Below, one piece after another: positions 24,045-36,782 of a stretch of 64,000 nt of DNA. Source of the stretch: Psammoneis japonica (Eukaryota); contig QPGO01000172.1 of the NCBI GenBank assembly GCA_008632985.1, positions 1-64,000 on the forward strand, read 5' to 3'. Under the pieces are notes generated by a model. That model saw only the letters and a list, made by a program, of their open reading frames with translations. It did not search any database and had not been told where the DNA came from. Made by a program: the position numbers and the translations under genes. The stretch's first letter is position 1, and each line of letters begins with the position of its first letter.

Positions 24045-27000
24045 TGGGGTTTCACCATGGTGGCTTTGCAGCTCCCAACCATTTCTCTTAAAGCGTTGCC
24101 TGGGGCTGACAGATGACATTCAATGATGTTTGACAGCTGATCTTGTCATGGTGGTGGGTGCGCCAATGGAGTTGCTTGACTTCAGAAATTTGAGCTCAAG
24201 TCTCACCCTGACAATTGTGCGAAATGAGACGCAGCCAGAGATGCGCGATGGCTGCTTTGCAACTCCCAACCATCAAAGTGTTGCCTGGAGTCCGCTGAAG
24301 ACCTTCAATGGTGTTTGACAACAGCTGTTTGGTTGGTGGGTTCACACTTGGTGCTGTTTCACTTTTGAATTTTACAACCAAATGGCCTGTTCCAGCTCCA
24401 GGTGCTCTGCTTTTCATCACTCGAGAGGCCGATTTTCTGCGCAGTTTAGCGCAATTAACTCCTTCAATTTTGATCGTTTCGAAAATCGAAAGGTGAGTGT
24501 ACACCCGAAAATGCATGTAAAGTGTGCACTCACCCTTCGATTTGGCAAAAAACGGATTTGGAAAAAGCCAATTGCGCTAAATGCACAAATTTCCAAATGA
24601 TGGGAATCGAACCCGCGCGGAGCACCTGGAGCTGGAACAGGCCAAATCTCACCCTGGCAGTGGTGTGAAGTGACACGGGCTGCAGCACAGCCATGGTGGC
24701 TTTTCAACTCCTGACCGTGGCTCTTGTCAAAGTGTCACCTGGACTCCACAGAAGACATTCAGCAGTGTTTCACAGCAGTTGTTTTGGGTGGGTGGGTGCA
24801 CACATGGTGCTGTTTCACTTCAGAAGCTGGGGATCAAGTCTCACCCTGACATTTTGTCAAGTGACGTGGGCCAGAGCTGAGCCAATGTGGCTTTGCAGCT
24901 CCCCACCATGGCTGTCAAAAGTGTCACCTGGAGTCCACTGAAGACATTCAATGGTGTTTGACAACAGTTGATTGGTGGGTTGGTGATTTCATCATGTTGT
25001 TCCACTTTTGAATTTGGAGCTCAAGTCTCTCACCCTGACATTTTGTGAAGTGATGTGGGACACAGCTGAGCCAGGGTGGCTTTGAAACTCCCCACCATGG
25101 CTGTTGAAGTGTTGCCTGGGGTCCACTGAAGACATCCAATGGTGTTTGACAACAGTTGTTGGGTGGACAGTTGTTTGGTGGGTTGGTGACTTCATGATGT
25201 TGTTCCACTTTTGAGTTTGGGGTTCAAGTCTCTCACCCTGACATTTTGTGAAGCAACATGGGATGCAGCTCAGCCAATGTGGCTTTGAAACTCCCCACCA
25301 TGGCTTTCAAAGCGTCCTCTGGGATCCACTGAAGACTTTCAATGGTGTTTGACAACAGTTGTTGGGTGGGTGGGTGCACACATGGCGCAGCTTCACTTCA
25401 GAAGTTGGGAATCCAGCCTCACCCAGGCAGTCATGTGAAGTGACATGGGATGCAGCTGAGCCAGGGTGGCTTTGAAGCTCCCCACCATGGCTGTCGAAGT
25501 GTTGCCTGGTGTCCCCCCAAGACATTCAATGGTGTTTGATGACAGTTGTTGGGTGGGTGGGTGCACACATGGTGCAGTTTCACTTCAGAAGTTGGAAATC
25601 CAGCACCTTGCCTGAGGAGTCATGTGAAGTGACATGGGATGCAGCTGAGCCAGGGTGGCTTTGAAACTCACCACCATGGCTTGTGAAGTGTCTCCAGAGG
25701 TCTGCCAAAGACATCCAATGGTGTTTGACAACAGTTGTTGGGTGGGTGGGTGCACACATGTTGCAGTTTCACTTCAGAAGTTGGGAATCAAGTTTCTCAC
25801 CCTGACATTTTGTCAAGTGACATGGGCCAGAGCTGAGCCAATGTGGCTTTGCAACTCCCCACCATGGCTGTCAAAGTGTCACCTGGAGTCCACTGAAGAC
25901 ATTCAATGGTGTTTGACAACAGTTGTTTGGTGGGTTTGTGATTTCATGATGTTGCCCCACTTCTGAATTTGGGGCCCAAGTCTCTCACTCTGACATTTTG
26001 TGAAGTGACGTGGGATGCAGCTGAGCCAATGTCTTTGAAACTCCCCACCATGGCTGTTGAAGTGTCCCCTGGGATCCACCAAAGACATTCAATGGTGTTT
26101 GACAACAGTTGTTGGGTGGGTGGGTGCACACATGGTGCAGCTCAACTTCAGAAGTTGGGAATCCAGCCTCACCTGAGGAGTCATGTGAAGTGACATGGGA
26201 TGCAGCTCAGCCAATGTGGCTTTGAAGCTCCCCACCATGGCTGTTGAAGTGTTGTCTGGGGTTCACAGAAGACATCCAATGGTGTTTGACAACAGTTGTT
26301 GGGTGGGTGGGTGCACACATGGTGCAGCTTCACTTCAGAAGTTGGGGCTCCAGTCTCACCCTGGCAGTCATGCGAAGTGACATGGGATGCAGCTGAGCTG
26401 ATGCAGCTTTGAAACTCCCCACCATGGTTCTTTGAGTGCACCCTTGGGTCCAGGAAAGATGTCCAATGGTGTTTGACAACAGTTGTTTGGTGGGCAGGCG
26501 CGTTCATGATGTTGTTTCACTTCAGAAATTGGGGCTCAAGTCTCTCGCTGACATTGTGAAGTGACACAGAGCCAGAGTTGCACCACAGCGGCTTTGAAGC
26601 TCCTAACCATGGCTCTCAAAGTGTTGTCCAGGGTCGACCAAAGACATCCAATGGTCTTTGACAACAGTTGTTGGGTGGGTGGGTGCACAGATGGTGCTGT
26701 TTCACTTCAGAAATTGGGGACCAAGTCTGACCACGACATTTTGTGAAGTGACACATGCTGCAGCTGAGGCAGGTTGGCTTTGAAACTCCCTGTCATGGTG
26801 CTTGCAGTGTTGCCTGGGGTCCATGAAAGACATTCAATGGTGTTTGACAACAGTTGTTTGCTGGGTTGGCACATTCATGATGTTTTTCCACTTTTGAATT
26901 TTGGGCTCAAGTCTCACCCTGACATTTGTGCAGTGACATGGGCCACAGCTGAGTCAGGGTGGCTTTGAAGCTCCCTGCCATGGCTCTTCAAGTGTCACCT

Positions 27001-27860
27001 GGGACACACTGCAGACCTTCAATGGTGTTTGACAACAGTTGTTGGGTGGGTGGGTGCACTCATGGTGCTGCTCCACTTCAGAATTCGGGGCTCAAGTCTC
27101 ACCCTGACATTTTGTGAAGTGTTGCAGAGACAGAGTTGCACCACAGTGGCTTTGAAGCTCCTGACCATGGCAGTGAAAGTGTCCCCTGGGGTCCGTTGAA
27201 GACATTCAATGGTCTGGTCTTTAACAACAGTTGCTGGGTGGGTGGGTGCACACATGGTGCTGTTTCACTTCAGAAGTTGGGAATCAATTCTGACCATCAT
27301 GACATTTTGTGCAGTGACATGGGCTGTGCAGCTGAGCCAGGGTGGCTTTGCAACTCCTGACCATGGCTGTGGCTCTCAAAAGAAATGCTGGGTGTCCACC
27401 AAAGACATTTGTTGATGTTTGAACAACAGCTGTTGGCTGGCGGTTGCACCAATGGTGCCCTTTTGCATTGCAGTTTGGGGCTGGGTGGCACCAAGCAACA
27501 CTCAGCCAGAGTTGTGCCCCCACGGTTTTCCTGTGGCTTTCAACTTGAAGCAGTGCCCGAACAGCCCAGCAACTCTCAGCGCCATGACTCTCAAACAAAA
27601 AACTGTGATGTCAACAATCTTCAATCAACACAGGTGTGTCACAAAGATTTTGGGTTTCAACAAGTTCCACCCTGACAATTGTGCAAAGTGAGATGATGGC
27701 ACAGCTGAGCCTGGGTGACCTTGCAACTCCCAATTGTGGCCATTGAAGGATTGCCTGGTGTCCACCAAAGACAGTCAATGACTTTTGACAGCCATGGCTC
27801 CAAAACAAAAAAAAACTGTGATGTCAACAATCTGCACTCAAGAAAGGTGTGTCACAAAAA
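24045..27860. repeat. Tandem satellite, ~187-bp unit, about 18 recognisable copies, degenerating beyond ~27420
   Basis: Anchor (C)AATGGTGTTTGACAAC and variants recur near 24121, 24308, 24760, 24950, 25138, 25341, 25528, 25717, 25905, 26091, 26278, 26466, 26650, 26836, 27021, 27208; spacing mostly 184-189 bp. Confidence 0.95.
24384..24643. mobile_element. MITE family 2 (260 bp, perfect 24-bp TIR, 4-bp TSD AAAT) inserted in the satellite
   Basis: GGCCTGTTCCAGCTCCAGGTGCTC ... GAGCACCTGGAGCTGGAACAGGCC; AAAT at 24380-24383 and 24644-24647; satellite period is lengthened by about 264 bp at this unit. Confidence 0.92.
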
Positions 27861-28059
27861 TTGTCAGGACAATTCAGAGGGTGCTGCATCTCTTCTAGAC
27901 TTGGACAATTCAAAAAAGCAATCCACCAGTTCTTGATCTTGAATGGTGCAGAAAGGAGTGATCAATTCGGGGCCCAAATTTTCTTCAAGCAACTTGTCTT
28001 CTGGAGCCATGGCAGTTGGAAGAACCAAAAAATCCACAACAGTGCCTTTCGACTCCACT

Positions 28060-28790
28060 TTAAAAGAACTCTTCCCTTCCACGGTTTTCTAGAATGTTCT
28101 CTTTGCCTTCAACACCTTCAAACTTGGGCGCAAATTCCTCGAGGAAAAGGCGCCAGCAGCAGAGCACTTGTTGCACATTGAGTGTCTTGAAGGCCAAGTT
28201 CTTGTGATCCGTGTGGGCTGTTGTTTCAGCTCTCAACAACATGGATCGGAATTCTTTGAAACAAAGAGCTGCAGCAAGCATTTCTTTTTCCATGGCAGAG
28301 TGATTCTTTTGAGCTGCATTGAGTTTTTGGGACCAACACGCAATCAGCTTGCCGTTCTGCGTGATGACAGCACCAAGCTGACAGTCGCTTGCATCTGTGC
28401 AAATCTGAAAAGGAAGGTCATGATCAGGATGAGCAAGCAACACATCACCCACCATGATGGCCTTGATCTCTTCAAAGGCCTTCTGACAAGCTGGAGTCCA
28501 CTCAAAGTGTTGTTTTCCAGTCAAAACCATCAATGGCACCAAAACGTGAGATCACCGAGGCCACATGTCACAACAGCAAGTGACGGCTCCAATGAAAGAT
28601 CTGAGTTGTGTGTGGTTCTTGGGAGGAGCAAGCTTGAGCACTGCTTCCACTTTCTTCTTCCAAGGCTTGACACCTTCTGGAGTCATCCAATGTCCCAAGA
28701 AATCAGTTTCCTGAACGGCCCATTCGCACTTGAGCAGGTTCACTTTCAAACCGTTTTGTTCCAGAAAGTGCGTGCTTGCATCTTTCGGAT
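28060..28790 (-). mobile_element. Ty3/Gypsy pol fragment (RT C-terminus + RNase H), degenerate
   Basis: [87 protein letters not shown]. Expected Tyr positions read Cys/His. Confidence 0.9.
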
Positions 28791-29020
28791 TTTTGCATGC
28801 AGGGAATCATGTCCGTGAAGTGCAAAGTTGGTTTTGACACAATTTAAATGGCACTGGGCTCAATCCAAGTGACCATCTTGAATCCAAACTTGGAGTGCCG
28901 CTGCAATTTTCAGCGCCATGGCCAAGCGTTTCGCCAGACCACTTTCGAGGGAGGATTGGGAGTGGCGCTACGAGAGCCAATCAGAATTCAGCATTTGGGA
29001 TTTCTGCTTGTGGGGGGCCC

Positions 29021-29043
29021 TCGGAAAGTCGAGGACTTTCCGA
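29021..29043. promoter_or_regulatory. Perfect 10-bp hairpin near the left end of the DDE element, downstream of a CCAAT-box-like GAGCCAATCAG
   Basis: TCGGAAAGTC-GAG-GACTTTCCGA; also in copy C (44258-44280) and, with the loop inverted to CTC, in copy B (~34336-34358). Function is inferred. Confidence 0.45.
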
Positions 29044-29206
29044 CTAATTAATTGACATTTTTTCGGAAAATCTGACGCAATCATTTACAGACGAGGAGGC
29101 TGAGACAACTCTCCAAAATCAGACACAAGAATCAAAATGATGCGGAGACCGAAATCATCTTCTTTTCGCGCCACGGAAAAACACAACAACACAGACTTCT
29201 GTCGCG

Positions 29207-32071
29207 ATGAGAAAAATTCTCTCACAAAAAAAACCCACGAGAGAGAAAAGTACAATCTCTGCTGGTGCTTCGATGATGACCGACGTTGAAGAAGAATCAG
29301 CTCCACTGAAAGTGGCTGCACAGCAGCAGCTGCATCCTTTCTTTATCAACATGGGCACTCAATCCCAGAAGCACAAAGGCTCCATTAAAATGAGCAAAAG
29401 TCAAGCGCAGACACGTAAGAAGCGCACGCAACAGAGCGATTTAAGTGGGCGCAAGGTGCCAAGAGTAGACGACGGAACAAAGAAATGCAAGAGGTGTGAG
29501 AATGGGCCTACATGCCATCATGGTCACGATCCCACGTGCAAGTTTTCGAAACGACACATGCAAATCAATGTCACCGCGGCTACGAAAGATGCAGAGCGAC
29601 GGGAAAAAGAGCTCCATGAAAAGAACAATGTGATCCCAGCCGCCCCACAGAAAGGAGTTTCTGCCATGGAAGACCATTTTGAAATTAAAGAATCAAACAG
29701 TCGAGCTCCATTGCCTCCTCCCGGTGATTCAAACTTTTGCAAGCCCGTGAATCTGGGAGCGTCCAGTTCCACCGTCGCAAGCAACCCGAATCTTTTTGAT
29801 GCCGCAAGGAACACAAAATTCTCGGTTGAGACGTTGAAAAAAGAGATTCGAGCACGAGTGAAAAAGCATGAGAACTCGGAGGAGAAGACAAAGTGCCCGG
29901 CTGCAGTGAGTGCTCTCATCAGTTGTCTGTTGGATTCTGTCAAGCCCAGATTTGATCAGGGCAGCAACACGCATCCTGTTGCCACAGCAAAAAGCACTGA
30001 GCTCAAAGAGATTCTGGAGGTCAAGGATGGTGCCTTTCTGCCTGGTGCAACATCGTTTCAAGTTCCCAAGGATGACTGCACTTCACCGCCTGATTGTTGC
30101 TGCCACCAGCTGCAGGGTGTGATGGTGTACATCGTTTGTTGGGAGCTGAATTGTCCTGACATCTACATTTCCTGCATTGACGGAGAGTGTGACGGGGAGA
30201 TGATTCATGACCGCACGGACTTTACTCGATGCGGTGGGGCGACGCCAATGTGTTGCATCAGCGGCAAGACTCATGTGGCAGTGTCAATGTGGTGTGAGTG
30301 CAACAAATGCAAGACGCGATGCAAGGGCAACGACGGTCGACTGCTGCACAAGTTGCCAAAAAGCCTTCAATCATCGTATCCAACTGAGCCAAAGTGTGCC
30401 AGCGCAACCAACAAATGGCACCTTACAAGGGAAACCACAAGGCCATTTGAATCCTTTCTTGTCGCGTGCGCAAACGGCGATAAGTTTTCTCACACGCTAC
30501 ACCAGATGCGAGCTGCCTGTTTCGAGGATCTCCAGAAAGAGCATTGTCAACGAGCCAACGATGAATCAGGTGACTGGATGTCTTTCTACGAGTGGATTGG
30601 CAGCTGCAGTCCATCAGGTTCTGCGATTCTTGATCTTCATGATGAATCTGGCGCATCGGAATTGACAGCTCTTGATGCGTCATCATGCTCCAGATGTACA
30701 AGATTGATCCAGATGGTGGGAGCATCAATGAGCGTGGCTTCTGACCACACTTTTCAAATTCTCAAGAATTGTACAAAGAAAGGTGGTGGAGCGGCGGCAG
30801 GACCATTTACCATGTGCAACGAAAAGGGACAGGTTGGAGTTGCTTGTCTGACACCGACGTTGGAAGCAAAAGATTTTGCTCACGCAGCCGAGCAGTTCGC
30901 GAGGCGAAAGAACGTGCGTCCAAAAATCCATTGCAGCGACACTTGGCCGAATGAGTCATCGTTGTGGAAGGTGTTGTTTGGAGGTTACACAGCATGCCGT
31001 TTGGGTCTCTTTCACTGGATGCACCGCATTGTACAGACACTTCGAAAAGACCACGTCGACTGTCATCAAGCAGTTCGGGACCTTCGAGCTACAGTTTCAT
31101 ACACCGAGTGGTCGGACCGCCAAGCAGCAATGCAAGCCCTCAAGGATGGAACTCTCAATGGCAAAAAGCACACGGATGCAGAAACAGATGAGATCATCCA
31201 TTCTTCCAGGTGGAAGCACTGCTCAGAACACATGCGCATTTGGAGGCATCCGCTGGAAAAGAGAATCAGCTTGCTTGACGATTGGCATGCCCGATGTGAG
31301 TGTACGGCTTCTGATGGATCGCGACCCGCTGGGGGACGTCTTGATCCAAACAGTGGTTTGACACTCTTTGCAAGTGATGCAAAGGATGCCGTGGCAAATG
31401 GAAGAGAAACATCCAAGGGATTGGACGTTCCAGTGCCAAAGTCAGAGCAGTGCTGGCCAGTGGCTCCATCGCTCCGTTCAAGAGCGAAGCTGGTGAAGTG
31501 GCGGACATTGCTCGGGCCGGAGTCAAAGTTGGAAAAGGCTCATGATTCGCTGGCTCATTGTGGGAACTGTGGGATGCGAGATTCATTGATGGATTTGATC
31601 ACTCTGGAAGGTTTGGTTCTCTACAACGCTGCAATTGAAGAAAAGGAACGCGTTGAACGAATGAATCCAGAGACTCGAGCAAAGATTCCACACGATTTTT
31701 GGGGTGTGGTCACTCATCGGAACGTGCTCAATCTAATCGAAATCAACAAGCTAGCAACAAAGAAGGGGAAGAAAGCGCCCCATCCAGATGCAAGGGAACT
31801 CGAGGCGGACACCGGCGAGCGTTTTCTGTCCAAGCACCTGCGGGAGCAGAATGCTAGAAATGAAACAATTGCTCCACACCCGGAGACGGATCGATGTATG
31901 TGCAACATCTGTGGGACAAAGCCAGTGACAAATCCACACAAGCGAACAACAAGATCAGTTGTTGGAAACGGCAACGATGGAGAAACTACAGCAGTGGCAA
32001 GCGTTCGACCGGCAGTGGTTTTGTGGAAATTGTGGTGGCTCCTCAGGTGGGGGTTGAATCCATGTGTGTGA
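29207..32071 (+). pseudogene. Transposase of copy A (954-aa open frame, frameshift near the C-terminus, many Tyr->Cys/His)
   Basis: Candidate catalytic residues ASDHTF, CSDTWP, PESKLEKAH; LGLFHWMHRI resembles the MULE/hAT/P-type C/D..H motif; Cys/His clusters. C-terminus continues in ORF 31894..32484. Confidence 0.75.
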
Positions 32072-32629
32072 ATGACACACCATTGCTTAACGCGGCTCAC
32101 GTTCGAGTCGAGGAGCAGTTCAACATGTTGCAAGCCATGAGAAGCGCCCTGTCACAACAAGTTGCCATTGCATCGAGCATGAGCGCATCCCTCCCATCTG
32201 TTCCATGTCAAGTGCAACCGGCTCTTTCAAATCTTAATGATCTGATACGGGATCAGAGGAAGCAAGACATTGATCCACACTGTTGTCCTGTCTTCCTACA
32301 ATGCAAGCTGCAGCAAAGCTGCAGTGTGATGGGGTGCCGACCAAGAGGTCGACCAGCACATTCTAAGGATTGCCCAAAGAGACAGCAGTCAAGGAGGCAG
32401 ATGTTATCATCACCAGGCATGCTTCATGTTGCCACTTTTGTTGACATTCTCGTGAGATGGCTGCCACTCGTAGAAGCGATCTAGCCTAGAGACGCACAGC
32501 AGTGTTTTCGAAACAGAGCTGAGTTTCCATGAGTTACGAATTCACTGTTTCATTTCCTATCTACCACACTTCTATAACTGTTGGTTGTTGTGTCCTCCAC
32601 ATACTTCATCACAATGCCACACTCAAATG

Positions 32630-32911
32630 CCACCTTTCAAGGGCAGGTGAACCCTGTCGCAACGGAGATTCGGGTCTGCGGCGGTTGAAGGCACTCCCGT
32701 CCTTGGAAGCACCAGTCAACGCCTCACCGGGGGGCAACCCCTTGGCTCTCGTTGGCCGTCTCAATGTTCAGAGGTGGGGCCACATGAACATCATTGCAGA
32801 AAAAAAATTGCCGAGGTGCTGCTGCAGTCAGCAACCTCGGCAGTGGCCCGTGTTATTTAAAGACGAGGGCAACCTCGTCTGCCGCTTGTGCACGGACTTT
32901 TCCAAAAGTGG
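32630..32911 (-). ncRNA. Putative structured ncRNA/ssDNA module, copy A
   Basis: Bounded by CCACCTTT...AAAAGTGG; hairpins AGACGAGG-GCAA-CCTCGTCT, TGCCGAGG..CCTCGGCA, GGGG-GCAA-CCCC. Strand assigned from G-U pairs and is uncertain. Confidence 0.5.
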
Positions 32912-33788
32912 TAGATTGTAGATTGCCAGCCAAAACAAACCACACCCACAACCAACATGTGACATCCATTCCATCATGTCCCGGTCAACAGCGCTTGTGG
33001 TGCCGCCGCACTCAGCAATTCCAATGAACCCTGAAAAGCCACCACTCCAACAACTTCTAAAGCCTCGTCAACGAAGGGTGAACACTCGGCTGAAGCCAAA
33101 AAGGCAACAATACAAAGCATCAGCATGAGAGACGCCATGAATGATCAATGCTTAAAGGAGGGCTCTTCAATCTGTCAAGAACGAACAGAAATTGCAACGC
33201 AAGAGCGGTGAGAGACGAGTTCAAAAAATGGAAAAAGTGCCAAGCATTTCTTGTCCATTTTTCACGTTTTTCACACATCTCTTTTCGTACATTCATTCAT
33301 CAGAGAGAGTTTTAATGCGTGCTTTGTTGTCACAACAGTGTCACAAGTGACGGCGACAATTTCGACTGCCGGCTCTTGCAGCTCTCATGGTCGATTTTTT
33401 GTGTGGTGTCGGAGGGAAACTCCTGAATTGCGCAGATTTCTACGTAAAATTCACACTAGAGATGCTTCAACACTGCAATGTCTCGATCTGTGTCACCACA
33501 CCAAATTGCTTCAACATGGGAGCACCCGGAGATCTGACACATCGGGTGGTGAAACGGGAGAAAGAATTGACGATGGCTCTTCAAACCACTTCTGCCTTTT
33601 AGATCAAGCTCGCTGCCCTCGCAACCCCTTCCTCTCTCCTTCCTTTCTCTCCTCCTCCTCCTTCTTTCTCCTCTCCCCTCCCCCCCTCTCTTGGAGTCAC
33701 TGACCCCCCCAAAATCCGCCCTCGAGGGAGGATCAGGAATGGCGCTATGAGAGCCAATCAGAGTTCAGCATTTGGGATTTCCACTTAA

Positions 33789-34322
33789 CACGGGATCCGC
33801 GGATGCACCAGGGGAATCTGCAAAATGCGGGATGAAAGGGGAAAGGGGCAAATGTGAATGGTGGAAAAGTGACATGCTGTTGTTTTACCTTGAGGGACCC
33901 TTTAGTCAGCCAAACACGCTTGTTGCCGATTTGACCCTCGCAGGTCCGTCCTTTCGGGGGTCGTCAAATTGTGGAGCAGACGCGGTCTCGAGAAATAATT
34001 TTGTGTGTTGTGTGTTTGACCATTAACATCACACACATCTGAAAACGACACACACAAAAAACGCGCACGTGCATTTTTCAACTTTGTGTGGCCTTCGTGG
34101 CCACACACATTATGTGACGATCAATCCTCAAGACGCGTCCCGTCACAACATTTTGACACCCCCCACAAGACGGACCTATGATGGTCAGATGACAAATGTG
34201 CGTGTTCGGCTCACTGAAGGGACCCTCAAGGCACAACAACAGCCCCTTGCTTTCCCAACATTCCCGTTTGCCCCTTTCCCCTTTCATCCCGCAATTCCCG
34301 GGTGCACCCGTGGATTCCCGTG
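33789..34322. mobile_element. Foldback MITE (534 bp, CAC...GTG termini) inserted at a TTAA site, piggyBac-like target
   Basis: Left CACGGGATCCGCGGATGCACC, right GGTGCACCCGTGGATTCCCGTG; long imperfect internal inverted repeats. Flanks TTAA (33785-33788) and TTGA (34323-34326). Absent from copies A and C. Confidence 0.88.
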
Positions 34323-36782
34323 TTGAGGGAGACTCTCGGAATGTCCTCGACTTTCCGATCAATTAATTGACATTTTTTTGGAAAATCTGACGCAATCACT
34401 CAGGGACGAGGAGGTTGAGACAGCTCTCCAAAAGCAGACACAAGAATCAGAATGATGCGGAGACCGACAATCTCTTCCTTTCGCGCCACGGAAAATCACA
34501 ACAACACAGACTTCTCACGCGATGAGAAAAATTCTCTCACAAAAACAACCCACGAGAGAGAGAAAAGTACAATCTCTGCTGGTGCTTCGATGATGACGGA
34601 CGTAACCAAAGAATCTGCTCCAACAAAAGTGGCTGCAGAGCGGCAGCCACATCCTTTCTTTAGCAACATGGGAGTTCAATCCCAGAAACGCAAGGGCTCC
34701 GTCAAAACGAGCAAAAGCCAAGCGCGCGCACGCCAGAAGCGGATGCATCAGGGCAATTTCAGTGGGCGCAAGGTGCCAAGAGTAGATGACAGAACAAAGA
34801 CATGCAAGAGATGTGACAAAGGTCCTGCATGTCATCATGGCCATGACCCCACATGCAAATTTTCAAAGAGGTGCTTGCAAGTGAACGTCACCAAAGCCAC
34901 CATGGATGCAGAGTGACGTGACAAAGAGCTTCACGAAACAAACAACATGATTCTGGATGCTCCAGAAAAGGGAGTGTCAACCATGCAAGACCATTTTGGA
35001 ACACAGAAACCTGCAGCTCAAGCTGCATTGCCTCCTCCAGGTGTCTCCAATGCACGCAAGCCGGTGAATTCGGGGGTGGCTGATGCTGCAGGCCCCATGG
35101 AGCACGCCGAGAACACCCACAAGTTGGCCACTGACACTAAATTTTCGGCTGAGACTTTGAAACGAGAGATTCAAGCATGTGTGAAAAAGCATGAGAACTC
35201 AGAGGAGAGGACGAAGTGCCCAGCTGCAGCAAGTGCTCTCATCAGTTGTCTGTTGGATTCTGTCAAGCCGAGATTTGAACAAGGCAGCCACAAGTGTCCT
35301 GTTGCTGCAGCAAAAAGCCCTGAGCTCAATGAGATTCTGGAGGTCAAGGATGGTGCTTTTCCTCCTGGTGCAACAGCTTTTCAAGTTCCCAAGGATGACT
35401 GCACTTTGCCACCTGATTGTTGCTGCCATCAGCTGCAAGGCATGATGGCACACATCGTTTGTTGGGAGCTGAACTCCATCCTAACATCTGTCTCTCCTGC
35501 ATTGACGGAGAGTGCGATGGGGAAATGATTCATGATTGCAGACTTTGCTTGACATGGCGGGGCAACACCAACACATTGCATCAGCGGGAAGATGCACATG
35601 GCGGTGATGTCAATGTGGCACGAGTGCAATGAATGCAAAATTCGATGCAAGGGCAACGACGGTCGACTGCTGCACAAGCTGCCAAAAAGCCTGCAGTCAG
35701 CATGTCCAACATTGCCCAAGTGTGCCAGTGCAAGCAACAAGTGGCATCTTGCCAAGGAAACCGCAAGACCACTTGAGTCTTTCATTGTCGCACACGCAAG
35801 TGGGGATGAGTTCTCGCACATGCTGCGCCAAATGCAAGCCGCCCATTTCGTGGACCTCCAGAAAGAGTGCCACTGCCAAGCCATCGACAAAAGCGAAGAG
35901 TGGGTGTCTTTTGAGGATTGGATGGGCGGGTGCAGTCCATCACCCTCAGCACTTCTTGATCAACATGACAAACCTGGCAAATCGAAATGTTGACGGCTCT
36001 TGACACATCCTCGCATGACAGGTGCACAAGATTGTTGCAGATGGTTGGAGCTGCCATGAGCATTGCATCCGACCACACTTTTCAAATTCTCAAAAACTGC
36101 TCAAAGAAAGCAGGCAGAGCAGCAGGCCTGTTCACCATGTGCAACAAAAAGGGGCGGGTGGGAACCGCTTGCCTGACCCCAACATTGGAAGCAAAAGATT
36201 TTGCTCACGCGGTGTGACAGTTTGCCAGGCGAAAGAACGCATGCCCAAAACTCCGCTGCAGTGACACCTGGCTGAATGAGTCAGAGTTGTGGAAGATGAC
36301 ATTTGGAGTGAACATGATCTGTCTCCTTGGGCTCTTTCATTGGATGCACCGAATTGTGAGAATGCTCTGAAAAGAACATGCTGATTGTTGGCAAGCTGTC
36401 AGTGATCTCAAAGCAACCGCATCACACGCCGAATGGTCCGACCGCCAAGCTGTGATGCAAGCCTTGAAGGATGGCACGCTGAACAACAAGAAGCACTCTG
36501 ATGAGGAGATGCATGATGTCATGCACTCTTCAAGGTGGAAGCACTGCCAGGAATGCATTCATCTCTGGAGGCACCCGCTGGAGAAAAGGCTCACATTGCT
36601 CGGGGATTGGTTTGCTCGATGCAAGTGTGCTGCCTCCGATGGAGCCCCCGCTGCTGGAGGGCATCTGGATCCAGACAGTGGACTGTTGCCATTTGCAACC
36701 AACACAAAGGATGCAGTTTTGAATGCCAAAGAAACCTCAAAGGGATTGGATGCTCCAGTGCTGAAGTCAGAGCAGTGCTGGC

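Larger units (their letters stand above)
28947..33723 (+). mobile_element. DDE DNA transposon copy A (Mutator-like, imperfect GAG...CTC terminal repeats)
   Basis: Starts GAGGGAGGATTGGGAGTGGCGCTACGAGAG; end reverse-complements to GAGGGCGGATTTTGGGGGGGTCAGTGACTCCAAGAGAG. Collinear with copies B and C. Left terminus could extend to the CCACTTTC at 28939. Confidence 0.85.

Noticed and set aside
24590..24630. tRNA gene or tRNA-derived SINE at GGGTTCGATTCCC
   Set aside because: No acceptor, D or anticodon stems recognisable and it lies within a TIR element.
24045..27420. CRISPR array or repeat-protein gene
   Set aside because: Whole ~187-bp units are homologous with no unique spacers, no cas genes are present, and unit lengths do not preserve frame.
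32071..33723. Fanzor/TnpB nuclease ORF in the 3' part of the DDE element
   Set aside because: No RuvC or zinc-ribbon motifs; the short ORFs there are not frame-conserved among copies A, B and C.
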